IMG/VR virus record: IMGVR_UViG_3300032320_000315
Span: 4,097 to 68,096 of that record
DNA length: 64,000 nucleotides
Reading direction: 5' to 3' (one strand)
From: a virus
Lineage: Duplodnaviria; Caudoviricetes
The position numbers and the translations under genes are program-made. The first letter of the stretch is position 1; every line of letters starts with the position of its first letter. Positions 54,927 to 63,184 of this stretch are shown here, piece after piece. The notes beneath the pieces were generated by a model. It did not search any database and had not been told where the DNA came from. It saw only the letters and a list, made by a program, of their open reading frames with translations.

Positions 54927-54948
54927 TTTTTTGCGCTGGCGCTTCGCG
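54927..54948. repeat. Right copy of 22-bp inverted repeat
   Basis: TTTTTTGCGCTGGCGCTTCGCG. Confidence 0.85.
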
Positions 54949-54977
54949 CTCTTCGAGCGCACGGGGACTCTTGGCGC

Positions 54978-54997
54978 TGTGGATAACCTGTGGATAA
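54978..54997. promoter_or_regulatory. Tandem perfect DnaA boxes
   Basis: TGTGGATAA-CC-TGTGGATAA (two copies of TTATCCACA on - strand). Confidence 0.7.
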
Positions 54998-55021
54998 GTA
55001 TTGTATATAGGGAGCGACTCT

Positions 55022-55222
55022 ATGCTGGTAAAGTGTTATAGACTGTGGAGCAACGATTGGCAAGAACTGGATCGTTTGGGTCTCTATGTTCAGCGTGTAG
55101 GCGGATGGTGCAGTATTGGAGTCTGCTGTGTGGACTTCTATGTACCCGAAACTCAAGACGGTATGTTCCTATTAATGAACGATCAACTACAGTATCGATG
55201 GAGGGATTCATGGATAGTCTAA
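55022..55222 (+). CDS. Hypothetical protein
   Basis: ATAAGTA motif plus GGAGCGA RBS before ATG. Confidence 0.6.
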   Translation: MLVKCYRLWSNDWQELDRLGLYVQRVGGWCSIGVCCVDFYVPETQDGMFLLMNDQLQYRWRDSWIV

Positions 55223-55392
55223 CTAGAATACGTGCCTATGACTTCAGTCTGGAACAGTTAAATCGTGTGCATGATTTGAACTGTACAGGCTACTTCCACA
55301 TCATACACATACAGTACGATGATCTCACTGATCACTATGTTACTCTGTTAGAGTGTGATGATCGCTTGGCCACTTGGATAGCACTACTATGA
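55210..55392 (+). CDS. Hypothetical protein
   Basis: GGAGG RBS; 60 aa. Confidence 0.55.
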   Translation: MDSLTRIRAYDFSLEQLNRVHDLNCTGYFHIIHIQYDDLTDHYVTLLECDDRLATWIALL

Positions 55393-55653
55393 CCCAGCGT
55401 CGACGTCGTCCTGGCGACTCTGTTGATACTGTGCGAAAAGCCTAGTCACTGCTTCCATCTGTTCCTGGAACACATGCGGGGCTGCCGTGGCCGCTTGTTG
55501 CATGTCCCAATCCGTGGGAAAGTGTCTAAGTATTGCTCGGGCTTCCTGTCGTATCTTCAAAGGCACACGGGGAGTTTCACTAGAATAACTGAGGCTCTGT
55601 AGGAAACGAGCCGCCCACATCACTGCACGATAGCGTTCATCAGGTAGGGTCAT
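55387..55653 (-). CDS. BPSL0761-like hypothetical protein
   Basis: MTLPDERYRAV...ILRHFP. Confidence 0.6.
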   Translation of the reverse strand: MTLPDERYRAVMWAARFLQSLSYSSETPRVPLKIRQEARAILRHFPTDWDMQQAATAAPHVFQEQMEAVTRLFAQYQQSRQDDVDAGS

Positions 55654-56002
55654 TGGCCGTGCTTTCTTGTAGGGTGGCCACTAGGGCTATGACGACCTGT
55701 GGGTCTTCTATGTCTGTGTAGGGCAGGCCCGGTGCGGCTTCTCGAATGTCTATGCCTCGTGTCTGGCACTCCGCTAGGTAACTGTCACGGAACTGGGGTT
55801 CAAAATAGCGCACAGCCTGTGCTCCAGTAAACAGTTCCACACAGAATATCTGTCCATTGGTACGATCAAACACTGCTGAGGCAATGTGGTTTTCTTCACC
55901 GCCCCAATCAATATACTGTGCGTGTTCACCCCAACACTGCCATTCAAATTTGCTGGTGCCACGGCTTTCGCCCAGGGTGGGCAGTATTTCTAATATGTTC
56001 AT
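55640..56002 (-). CDS. Hypothetical protein
   Basis: Coupled ORF. Confidence 0.65.
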   Translation of the reverse strand: MNILEILPTLGESRGTSKFEWQCWGEHAQYIDWGGEENHIASAVFDRTNGQIFCVELFTGAQAVRYFEPQFRDSYLAECQTRGIDIREAAPGLPYTDIEDPQVVIALVATLQESTANDPT

Positions 56003-56163
56003 CCTTGCTTCCTTTGACTGAGTCTAAATTGATCACGTAGCCAAGCACGGTACTCCCGCCAATAGTCTTGATAACTACGCTGTGGTTGATGATAGTCTGC
56101 TAGTTCGTCACGATTTTGTAGCCACTGCTCGTGTACCCAACGACGGAATTCTCCTGTTTTCAT
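55999..56163 (-). CDS. Hypothetical protein
   Basis: GGAGG RBS; coupled. Confidence 0.55.
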   Translation of the reverse strand: MKTGEFRRWVHEQWLQNRDELADYHQPQRSYQDYWREYRAWLRDQFRLSQRKQG

Positions 56164-56345
56164 TGTAAGACCTCCTGGTAGCGTTGTAAAAAAGTCTCTA
56201 CCCAACAACTGTGTTCTTGGGGTTCCATGCTTAGTGTGCGATAGTGTACCCAATCGTGACCCTGATCATCCTGAATGATGTGTATGATCTGATACTGCTG
56301 ACCCTGGTCGTCTTGCCATATTTGGTTAGGGGTTAGACTTGTCAT
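56160..56345 (-). CDS. Small hypothetical protein (DUF1653-like)
   Basis: YQIIHI...VHYRTL...F..RY. Confidence 0.5.
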   Translation of the reverse strand: MTSLTPNQIWQDDQGQQYQIIHIIQDDQGHDWVHYRTLSMEPQEHSCWVETFLQRYQEVLQ

Positions 56346-56733
56346 TGCTCTCTCCAAAAGTTTCATATATGGCCAGTACCATACGTTGGCTTTCTTCTTC
56401 AGTCAATTCACTCTGCAACTTGTTAATACGGAAATTACGTCCAGGGAAACGCTGTTTGATAGTTTGGAACATGGTTCTAAAGTCTGGACCCTGTGCCAAA
56501 AACTCACCGTTGCTGGCATAGGCATAGTAGTGTTCACCCACACGCTCTACGTCAAACTTACATTCTTCTTGGGGTATATCCAGGGCATCACGTATGTTCT
56601 CTGACACTGCCAATTCACCCGATATGATGCGGCGGCGTAGGTCCTCTTTGAGCAGAGATAAGATACTGGCCTGGCCCAATTTAAAAGCCATCCAAACAAA
56701 GCCAGCAACTAATAGATAATCAAACAAAGTCAT
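56326..56733 (-). CDS. Hypothetical protein with N-terminal TM
   Basis: GGAG RBS; FLAQG. Confidence 0.65.
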   Translation of the reverse strand: MTLFDYLLVAGFVWMAFKLGQASILSLLKEDLRRRIISGELAVSENIRDALDIPQEECKFDVERVGEHYYAYASNGEFLAQGPDFRTMFQTIKQRFPGRNFRINKLQSELTEEESQRMVLAIYETFGESNDKSNP

Positions 56734-56758
56734 AGCAGTCTCCAGTTTAAATATTTAA

Positions 56759-57052
56759 TCAGGTCCAGCGTAGTATGAACCAATCACGCTTGGCTTCTTT
56801 GCGCCAACTAAACAGGCCTTTGTCTTCTACCACATAGGCATCGTTCTCCCTAGCCCAGGCTATCATTTCCTGGATTTGATCCTCTGTGTACTGTGCAAAG
56901 TCTACCTTAACACCTTTGAGTCTAAACGGACCAACTTCACAGGTTTCCAACTTAGGACCCTTGTTTTCGTCTGCGGTCATGGGAGGCATAAACGTTCCGG
57001 GTGCTGGAACATTTACTGCTGTGGTATTCTTCTTTTTGCCTTTTGTTGCCAT
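56759..57052 (-). CDS. Hypothetical protein (WF.LRW family)
   Basis: C-terminal RDWFILRWT. Confidence 0.6.
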   Translation of the reverse strand: MATKGKKKNTTAVNVPAPGTFMPPMTADENKGPKLETCEVGPFRLKGVKVDFAQYTEDQIQEMIAWARENDAYVVEDKGLFSWRKEAKRDWFILRWT

Positions 57053-57145
57053 TATTGAAATTTCATCCAAAATTTAGTTAGTGCTGACTGGTTCAGTAAT
57101 TATAACATAAGTGCGGGTGCTTTGCCAATCGTTTTGGCTGTAATG

Positions 57146-57505
57146 TCATTTTCTGCATAGTTCTAATAGGGTTAGATACTTCATGTAGGCTTTCTGCACC
57201 ACAGGATGTTCAATACGCACACGTTCATCTCTGCGTAGCATTTGAACGATTTCATCATTGTCTTTAATTCTGTGTTCGCGTTGTTCGTACCATGCCAGTA
57301 TGTCTTCTAGTTCTTGCAGTTTGTCTCTGGGCAGGGTTACATCTACGCAGTCAACTTCTTCTACTTCGAATGTTTGATTTGCCAGTGTATCACTAGCAGT
57401 GACATTCCAAAGATTAGTGTAGTTGCGTAGGCGAGGTATCCTGCGCATCTTACGCTGACTGGGAAAGACCTGCATGTCATATTTTCTAAAGAAATCTTTA
57501 CTCAT
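57146..57505 (-). CDS. Hypothetical protein
   Basis: C-terminal HPVVQKAYMKYLTLLEL. Confidence 0.65.
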   Translation of the reverse strand: MSKDFFRKYDMQVFPSQRKMRRIPRLRNYTNLWNVTASDTLANQTFEVEEVDCVDVTLPRDKLQELEDILAWYEQREHRIKDNDEIVQMLRRDERVRIEHPVVQKAYMKYLTLLELCRK

Positions 57506-57885
57506 GAACGCCACCTTAATACAAACCAGTTCCGATCCTTTTCTTCTTTAAACCAAAACTTACGATTGTTCATATACCAACGTTGTAGGGGTTCAGGGGT
57601 TTTAATTTCTCCCCAGATTTTGTCACGGTCGCCACATTCTCCGAACGTATCTGAACACCATGTTTCCATGTCCATCCAATTGCCACCTATGGGTTCTACA
57701 CAATAGTAACGACTGCCGTAGACTGTGCCTTCACTTAATAATAAGTCTTCCACAGGACGTTCCAACACATCATCCAATATTCGTTGCAGGGCTTGTCCAT
57801 TAAACATATTGTTCAATACACTCTTACCAGCGTGTCTACCAGTAACCTGAACATAGCCCTTACCTTTATATCTTGTCATAACCAC
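57502..57885 (-). CDS. Hypothetical protein (WF.LRW family)
   Basis: C-terminal RNWFVLRWRS. Confidence 0.65.
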   Translation of the reverse strand: MVMTRYKGKGYVQVTGRHAGKSVLNNMFNGQALQRILDDVLERPVEDLLLSEGTVYGSRYYCVEPIGGNWMDMETWCSDTFGECGDRDKIWGEIKTPEPLQRWYMNNRKFWFKEEKDRNWFVLRWRS

Positions 57886-58100
57886 ATTATCCTAAATAAT
57901 GTTCCGTCTTTGGGATTCTCAAATCTAAAAGCAAATCCTTCTGTGCTGTTGTATCCATGCAGATGATAACGGCCACCGGGTGCAGTATCAAACCAATCTA
58001 GTATTTCTTTAATTGGATACTTAGGAGGATGCAGTATGTCGTCCCAAAGCACAATGACTTCGTACCATTCTGGAGGAGGCCAACAGTCTACTTTTATCAT
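57876..58100 (-). CDS. Hypothetical protein (WF.LRW family)
   Basis: FRFENPKDGTLFRIMWL. Confidence 0.6.
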   Translation of the reverse strand: MIKVDCWPPPEWYEVIVLWDDILHPPKYPIKEILDWFDTAPGGRYHLHGYNSTEGFAFRFENPKDGTLFRIMWL

Positions 58101-58351
58101 AGCCAACGCAAAGTAAACCATGCGGCTTCTTTTGGATCTTCAAATACCCAAACTAAACCCATAAACTCTACGCCACTTTTACAATAGTCTTTGACCCACT
58201 GGTCAATCTCTTGCCCAGTTTCCATCATCATAGGCTTTAACACAACACGAGTCCAACCAATACTGCACAACATATCTGTAAGGATATGGAAGTCCATTTC
58301 ATTGGCAAGTTTGGTTGCCATTTCTTCTACAATCTCTTGCTCTAAGGTCAT
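58097..58351 (-). CDS. Hypothetical protein (WF.LRW family)
   Basis: VFEDPKEAAWFTLRWL. Confidence 0.65.
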   Translation of the reverse strand: MTLEQEIVEEMATKLANEMDFHILTDMLCSIGWTRVVLKPMMMETGQEIDQWVKDYCKSGVEFMGLVWVFEDPKEAAWFTLRWL

Positions 58352-58641
58352 CGTTCGCTGTGTTTGATTGCTAGGAACATAAACTTCTTATGCTTTGGTT
58401 CCCACCACTTGCCTGACTCTCCACAACGATCATCTCTGTCAGATCGACCAATGCGAGCAACACCACAGGATTCGTATTTGGCAGGAACTTTTTTGTCTCC
58501 TACAACAGGATTGGGTTCGGTATGCGTTTCTTTAAAACTTTTATTGCACTGGTAGGCATACTCGCTGTTAAAGCCGTGCGTTAAAATATTTGAAATAGTT
58601 CTAAAACTATGTTTACAATCTTTGCAAAGTAATTCACTCAT
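58348..58641 (-). CDS. Cys-rich hypothetical protein
   Basis: CKDCKH...C...C...CG..GKWW. Confidence 0.65.
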   Translation of the reverse strand: MSELLCKDCKHSFRTISNILTHGFNSEYAYQCNKSFKETHTEPNPVVGDKKVPAKYESCGVARIGRSDRDDRCGESGKWWEPKHKKFMFLAIKHSER

Positions 58642-58699
58642 CGCGCTCTTTCTCTAGAATTATTGATAGTTAAAATTATACTATCAACCTAGAGGAAAG

Positions 58700-60676
58700 T
58701 CAAGTACCAAACTTGCGTACTCGTATCTGTTCTATGTTAGAATCGGCAATTCTGCTGGTATGGATTGTTCGAACTAGATGTAGATCAGCAGTGACCCAAT
58801 CTATATTTTGGTATTTGGTTAGGAACGTACAGGACTGTTCATTTGGGAAAAAGGATTTGTCTTTGCTTTCTTCCCAGCGATCCCATTCATATGCACAGGT
58901 CCATTCAAACTCTTCATCGTTATAACGGAACGTGCTGTTCTCGATATAGTCCAATAAGTCGTTGGCTATTGGATCTAGCATATCTGCACACTCACGTCTG
59001 ATTGCTGTGAATAGTTCAGTTCTATATTTGGCCCATTGATAAAGATAGCAACGGAATACATTGGTAGTAAACTCTGGTAAAGTCATACTGCGCCAATCTC
59101 TATTACCTCTTAGACCATCTGTAATCTCTTTGAAGTACACATGAATTGGATCCCAGAAGTCTTTGACAGATTCTGCCGCTTTGTAAAGTCTAGGCATTAC
59201 TTGACTAGGAGGTGTGTTCCTGTGATGGTACATAAAGTCTATCAAAGGTTTCAGCATGTGCTGATTGGAAAAGATAATGTCCATGTCAGTCATGAACATC
59301 ATTTCAATCCAGTCACGTTCTGTGTAACTGTAGGCACGTACAGGAATAAATGCTGTGGCTTCTTTAACTGTGTCTGTGTCGTAGATTGCTACATAACGGT
59401 TACCTGTCTTTTCAGTTACCTCGCCGCCTTCGCTTTCCATACCCAGGGGCACTAATTTTATATCATACTTCTTAATGTATTCTGGATCAGCACTAGGGCT
59501 ATCTGGTAACACAAACATCGGACTGCGTGTCACTCCGGCATACTTGTTGAACACTTGGTAAACAACATCACACTCGTCATAGAACACTTCTAAGTTCTGT
59601 CCAGGCATGCCTACCATTAGTTCTACGTGTACATTGGCATCGTACTTGTCAATAAAGTGTCGCGCCAGTTTAATATTCTCTTCTAGACTAATGTCTTTTC
59701 TATCAATGTTTACCAATGCTTCTTCAGATATAGTTTGTATACTCATCTGATAACTCTTGATAATCTTAGACTTCATTAACGGTTCTAAGATATCATAACG
59801 TTTCTGTACTTTAGTCTTGGCCACGCCGCAGAGTTGTAGGTCCATGCTATAGCCAATGCTTTCGTTAATCTTGCCCAGTAACTCTGCTTTACTGACATCA
59901 CCTGGATCAATTCCAAAGTTAGCATCAGTTAACCATATGCAACCTACTTTAAGTAAAGGCAAGTAACTAAGGTCGTCTTCCATAATTTGGTAAGGCTTGA
60001 CAATAACTTTACTGTTGATACCTCCGCCCCACTCACAATATGTACAGCCATAAGGACAGCCACGACTGCCTTCGTAGAGCATACTCAAACACCATCCATC
60101 TTTCTCTGCGTGTTCTGTATACTTCAATGCTTCGTCTAGGTTGGTTTCAACTACACGATCTGGAAACTCGAATGTTCTTTTGTAAGGTTGTGGCCCGTGT
60201 CCTAGTTTGTGATAACTGTTGCGTACATTTTTCCAATCCAAGGTACCTTCCGTGATTTGATCCAATGTGTCATGCAAGAACCATTCGCCATACTCAGTAG
60301 GAGTACAGGTAGCATCTATGTATGGATGTTCCTTGAACCACAGCATAGGTGTAGTGTAACTACTGCCCTGATGTGGCCCGCCCATTACTATCACAGCATT
60401 GGGTAAACGTTCTCTCACAGCCTTGGCTACAATCTTAACAATATTGTAACTCCACATATAACTGTTAAAGGCATAAACATCTGCGTTATGACTAACTGCT
60501 TCTTCAATAATATCTTCCAGTTCCCAGCCTACATAATCTATCACAGGAGGGATCCACTGCCATTGGTCAGCATACTTACTATGGAGCTCATAGTATCTCT
60601 TAAAGCCAAAGAACATCATGGGAAGATATAATTCCCTATTGGATGTATCAAAACGGAAGAAGTATATCTTTTTCAT
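58700..60676 (-). CDS. Cobalamin-dependent radical SAM enzyme
   Basis: B12 domain (FNSYMW, IVMGGPH); RGCPYGCTYC.W; LTDANFG; ELMVGMPG. Confidence 0.9.
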   Translation of the reverse strand: MKKIYFFRFDTSNRELYLPMMFFGFKRYYELHSKYADQWQWIPPVIDYVGWELEDIIEEAVSHNADVYAFNSYMWSYNIVKIVAKAVRERLPNAVIVMGGPHQGSSYTTPMLWFKEHPYIDATCTPTEYGEWFLHDTLDQITEGTLDWKNVRNSYHKLGHGPQPYKRTFEFPDRVVETNLDEALKYTEHAEKDGWCLSMLYEGSRGCPYGCTYCEWGGGINSKVIVKPYQIMEDDLSYLPLLKVGCIWLTDANFGIDPGDVSKAELLGKINESIGYSMDLQLCGVAKTKVQKRYDILEPLMKSKIIKSYQMSIQTISEEALVNIDRKDISLEENIKLARHFIDKYDANVHVELMVGMPGQNLEVFYDECDVVYQVFNKYAGVTRSPMFVLPDSPSADPEYIKKYDIKLVPLGMESEGGEVTEKTGNRYVAIYDTDTVKEATAFIPVRAYSYTERDWIEMMFMTDMDIIFSNQHMLKPLIDFMYHHRNTPPSQVMPRLYKAAESVKDFWDPIHVYFKEITDGLRGNRDWRSMTLPEFTTNVFRCYLYQWAKYRTELFTAIRRECADMLDPIANDLLDYIENSTFRYNDEEFEWTCAYEWDRWEESKDKSFFPNEQSCTFLTKYQNIDWVTADLHLVRTIHTSRIADSNIEQIRVRKFGT

Positions 60677-61332
60677 ATTAGTCGGTATCTAAAACTCATT
60701 GCGTATCTGTTATGTGTAGGGTCACAGCCAAATGTTCTGTGTCTGAATAAAGGGTTGCGGGCATCCACAACGGCAAATGTTCCGTCATGTGGGAAGTGTT
60801 CGCAGAGTTGTTCTACGGAACCGTCTTCACTTTCTCTACCAAACTGTATTTGCCCCCGCCATTGTTCGTTCCATGACTCTGCATCTCCAAAGTACATTAG
60901 TACAAAGAAGTCACTGCTGGTATTATTATCACAGTGCCAGGGCAAATCCTCTTGTCCATTCCATAGTCCGTAACCATTGGGTGCAAGGTTACGCATATAT
61001 CTTTGATGCTGGTGTTGTTTTTTAACTAGACTATCACGTAATACATCAAAGAATGGATCTCTAATAAATTCTTCTGCTAGAAACTTTACAGCCAACGGAG
61101 CACTATCATAGGTATAACGATCTCTCAATACTTCTGTGAAGTTATATTCTGCGTTATCGTCTCCGTTGACAACGTTAGGCAACACAAACCAATCTGCAGA
61201 ACTAGGATATCCATCGTTCCAATTTGTGTTTTGAATAATTGTTTTTGCTTTATCGTAGATGTGACGAGGGGTTATCCCTAAAAGATACCCCTCTGTATAG
61301 AATTGATAAAGATTAAATTTAGTAACGATCAC
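60673..61332 (-). CDS. 2OG-Fe(II) oxygenase
   Basis: WHCD, LMYF, W.GQ, FRH, RYAMSF. Confidence 0.8.
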   Translation of the reverse strand: MIVTKFNLYQFYTEGYLLGITPRHIYDKAKTIIQNTNWNDGYPSSADWFVLPNVVNGDDNAEYNFTEVLRDRYTYDSAPLAVKFLAEEFIRDPFFDVLRDSLVKKQHQHQRYMRNLAPNGYGLWNGQEDLPWHCDNNTSSDFFVLMYFGDAESWNEQWRGQIQFGRESEDGSVEQLCEHFPHDGTFAVVDARNPLFRHRTFGCDPTHNRYAMSFRYRLI

Positions 61333-61342
61333 ACAGTACTTA

Positions 61343-61807
61343 TCACTGTGAACGATCCTGTTCTTTTGTCAAGGCGCAGACCATCATAAAATAATCCCAA
61401 GCCTTTTTCACAGCAGGATTATCCATCAGTTTGTCTGCTTCTAACTGCATGGCTTTGACACCTTCTTCAGCAATCTCTCTAGCACTAGGAATCTCTACAT
61501 AGTAGCGATCGTCTCCAAATGATTTGGCTAGTGCTTCCCAGGCCTTACGTTGCTTTTCAGTAATAGGCTTATTGTGCGGACGCATCTCGCTGGCCTTTTG
61601 AACTGCTTGACTAATTGCATCCTCAGCAACACGCCCTGCGGCAATCATAGCCGCATAGTTAGGATCAATATTAAACCTACGGCTACTGCCTCCGGGATAG
61701 CACATAACCAGATGACTGCCTTTTGGAAACGCATCCATAAATGTGCTGTCATACTCCGCAACAGGAATATATCTGCGTCCCTTCTTTTCATAGTACAACT
61801 TTTTCAT
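61343..61807 (-). CDS. Hypothetical protein
   Basis: YYEKKGRRYIPV; NPAVKKAWD. Confidence 0.7.
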   Translation of the reverse strand: MKKLYYEKKGRRYIPVAEYDSTFMDAFPKGSHLVMCYPGGSSRRFNIDPNYAAMIAAGRVAEDAISQAVQKASEMRPHNKPITEKQRKAWEALAKSFGDDRYYVEIPSAREIAEEGVKAMQLEADKLMDNPAVKKAWDYFMMVCALTKEQDRSQ

Positions 61808-62064
61808 AAACCACGTTTACGTCTTTCATGTAGTTCTTGGCAATAGATGCAACGAGTTACACCAGGCTGTGCTACTTGTCTAGCCTTTGGGATGTCTTCT
61901 CCACAGTCTTCACATTCCTCTAAACTAGGTTGTGCCCGTTGCTTGGCCAGCTCAGCCTGTACTTTGCCGATGGCATTTTGATTAGTAATTATGCTGTTAA
62001 GTTGAGCAAGTTCTTGCTCTTCATTAACACCAGACTCAAATGTATCTTTATCGTTATCTGACAA
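61804..62064 (-). CDS. TraR/DksA C4 zinc-finger protein
   Basis: CEDCGEDIPKARQ.A.PG.TRCIYCQE; likely TTG start. Confidence 0.85.
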   Translation of the reverse strand: MSDNDKDTFESGVNEEQELAQLNSIITNQNAIGKVQAELAKQRAQPSLEECEDCGEDIPKARQVAQPGVTRCIYCQELHERRKRGL

Positions 62065-62065
62065 T

Positions 62066-62641
62066 TTATTTGCCTTTCTTTTTCTTTTTTGGTTTAGGGA
62101 AATCAATAGGATTATCTGTATTAGTTACATGAACAGACTCGTGCTGTGCAATCATTTCTCGTAATACATTTTCAACTAATTGATTAAGAGTGATATCCTG
62201 TTCATGTGCCATTCTCATTAATTCAAACATTTGACTATCATCAAGTGTAAGAGGAACTTCAACACGAACATCGTAATCTTCTTCTGCTTCAATAGCAATG
62301 GCTTTTTGAATCCAATCATCGTCTACTTCTAAATCGATGTAATTGACATCGTCCCATGCTTCTCGTTCATTAACTTGATGACGTCTTGCTTCTGCTTTAT
62401 GTAGGTCAACAAACTCTGGGTTCATTAAACGATATGCACGATTGTTTCGGTAGTCATATGAACTCACTTCGTAGACTTCCTGAGTTTTTGTATCAAATAC
62501 AATACTATGACTATGTCCGTCTTGCTCACCATTCCAAGCATCTAGGCGATAAGCATCTGGACCATAACATTCCCATCCATAATTACTACCCTCACTGATG
62601 CGATAGTCTACAACTTCCATCCATTCTTTTAGTGTGATCAT
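62066..62641 (-). CDS. Hypothetical protein with C-terminal ribbon-helix-helix-like segment
   Basis: VPLTLDD..MF.LM..AHEQDITLNQLVE..LR. Confidence 0.65.
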   Translation of the reverse strand: MITLKEWMEVVDYRISEGSNYGWECYGPDAYRLDAWNGEQDGHSHSIVFDTKTQEVYEVSSYDYRNNRAYRLMNPEFVDLHKAEARRHQVNEREAWDDVNYIDLEVDDDWIQKAIAIEAEEDYDVRVEVPLTLDDSQMFELMRMAHEQDITLNQLVENVLREMIAQHESVHVTNTDNPIDFPKPKKKKKGK

Positions 62642-62958
62642 CGAATTACTTCCTTTTCTCTAAGAGTTACAAATACCTTAGTACCATGCTCACGTATTAG
62701 GTCAGCCAGTTCTTGTGGTGAGTCAATACTATACTGTCTTAATGTCTCTATGTCAACCTCTGATTGAAATGTCCAGATCTCTGGAAAACGTTGCGGATTG
62801 GCTTTGGCTCGCATAATGAGAAATCCCACAGGCAACTTTTGGGGAGCAGGTTTGTCAGCCAAACTAGCCCACATGGCTTTCTTATCTTGATCCGTTAGAT
62901 CAACAATACACTCAAAGCCCAAACTATCCCAATAGGCAATATAAAACTTAGCGGACAC
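62638..62958 (-). CDS. Hypothetical protein
   Basis: YWDSLGFECI, RAKANPQR.PEIW. Confidence 0.65.
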   Translation of the reverse strand: MSAKFYIAYWDSLGFECIVDLTDQDKKAMWASLADKPAPQKLPVGFLIMRAKANPQRFPEIWTFQSEVDIETLRQYSIDSPQELADLIREHGTKVFVTLREKEVIR

Positions 62959-63184
62959 TGTCCATTTCTTTCATCATGGTCTGCATCAACTTGGTCATCC
63001 TTCGAACTGCTTCTTCTGGATTTGGTTGTTGATTAACAGGCACACAGTATGCACTAGGCCCTTGTTGGATAATGTTCTGTGCTTCCTGCATACACTGAGC
63101 TCTAGAACTAAACACAGCCACTTGTTGGTCTGGCATGCTTGGCACTTTGGCCGCTATCATTAATGCGAATAATATTTCGTTCAT
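62948..63184 (-). CDS. Hypothetical exported protein
   Basis: Signal-like N-terminus; C...C pair. Confidence 0.55.
   Translation of the reverse strand: MNEILFALMIAAKVPSMPDQQVAVFSSRAQCMQEAQNIIQQGPSAYCVPVNQQPNPEEAVRRMTKLMQTMMKEMDSVR

Noticed and set aside
41287-54948. Transposon or integrated mobile element defined by the inverted repeats
   Set aside because: No transposase, integrase or invertase between or beside the repeats, and no target-site duplication; kept only as an unexplained boundary signal
58700-60676. Radical SAM as PqqE partner of the pqqA peptide
   Set aside because: It has an N-terminal B12-binding domain and no SPASM Cys cluster; PqqE is a SPASM enzyme and no PqqD is nearby
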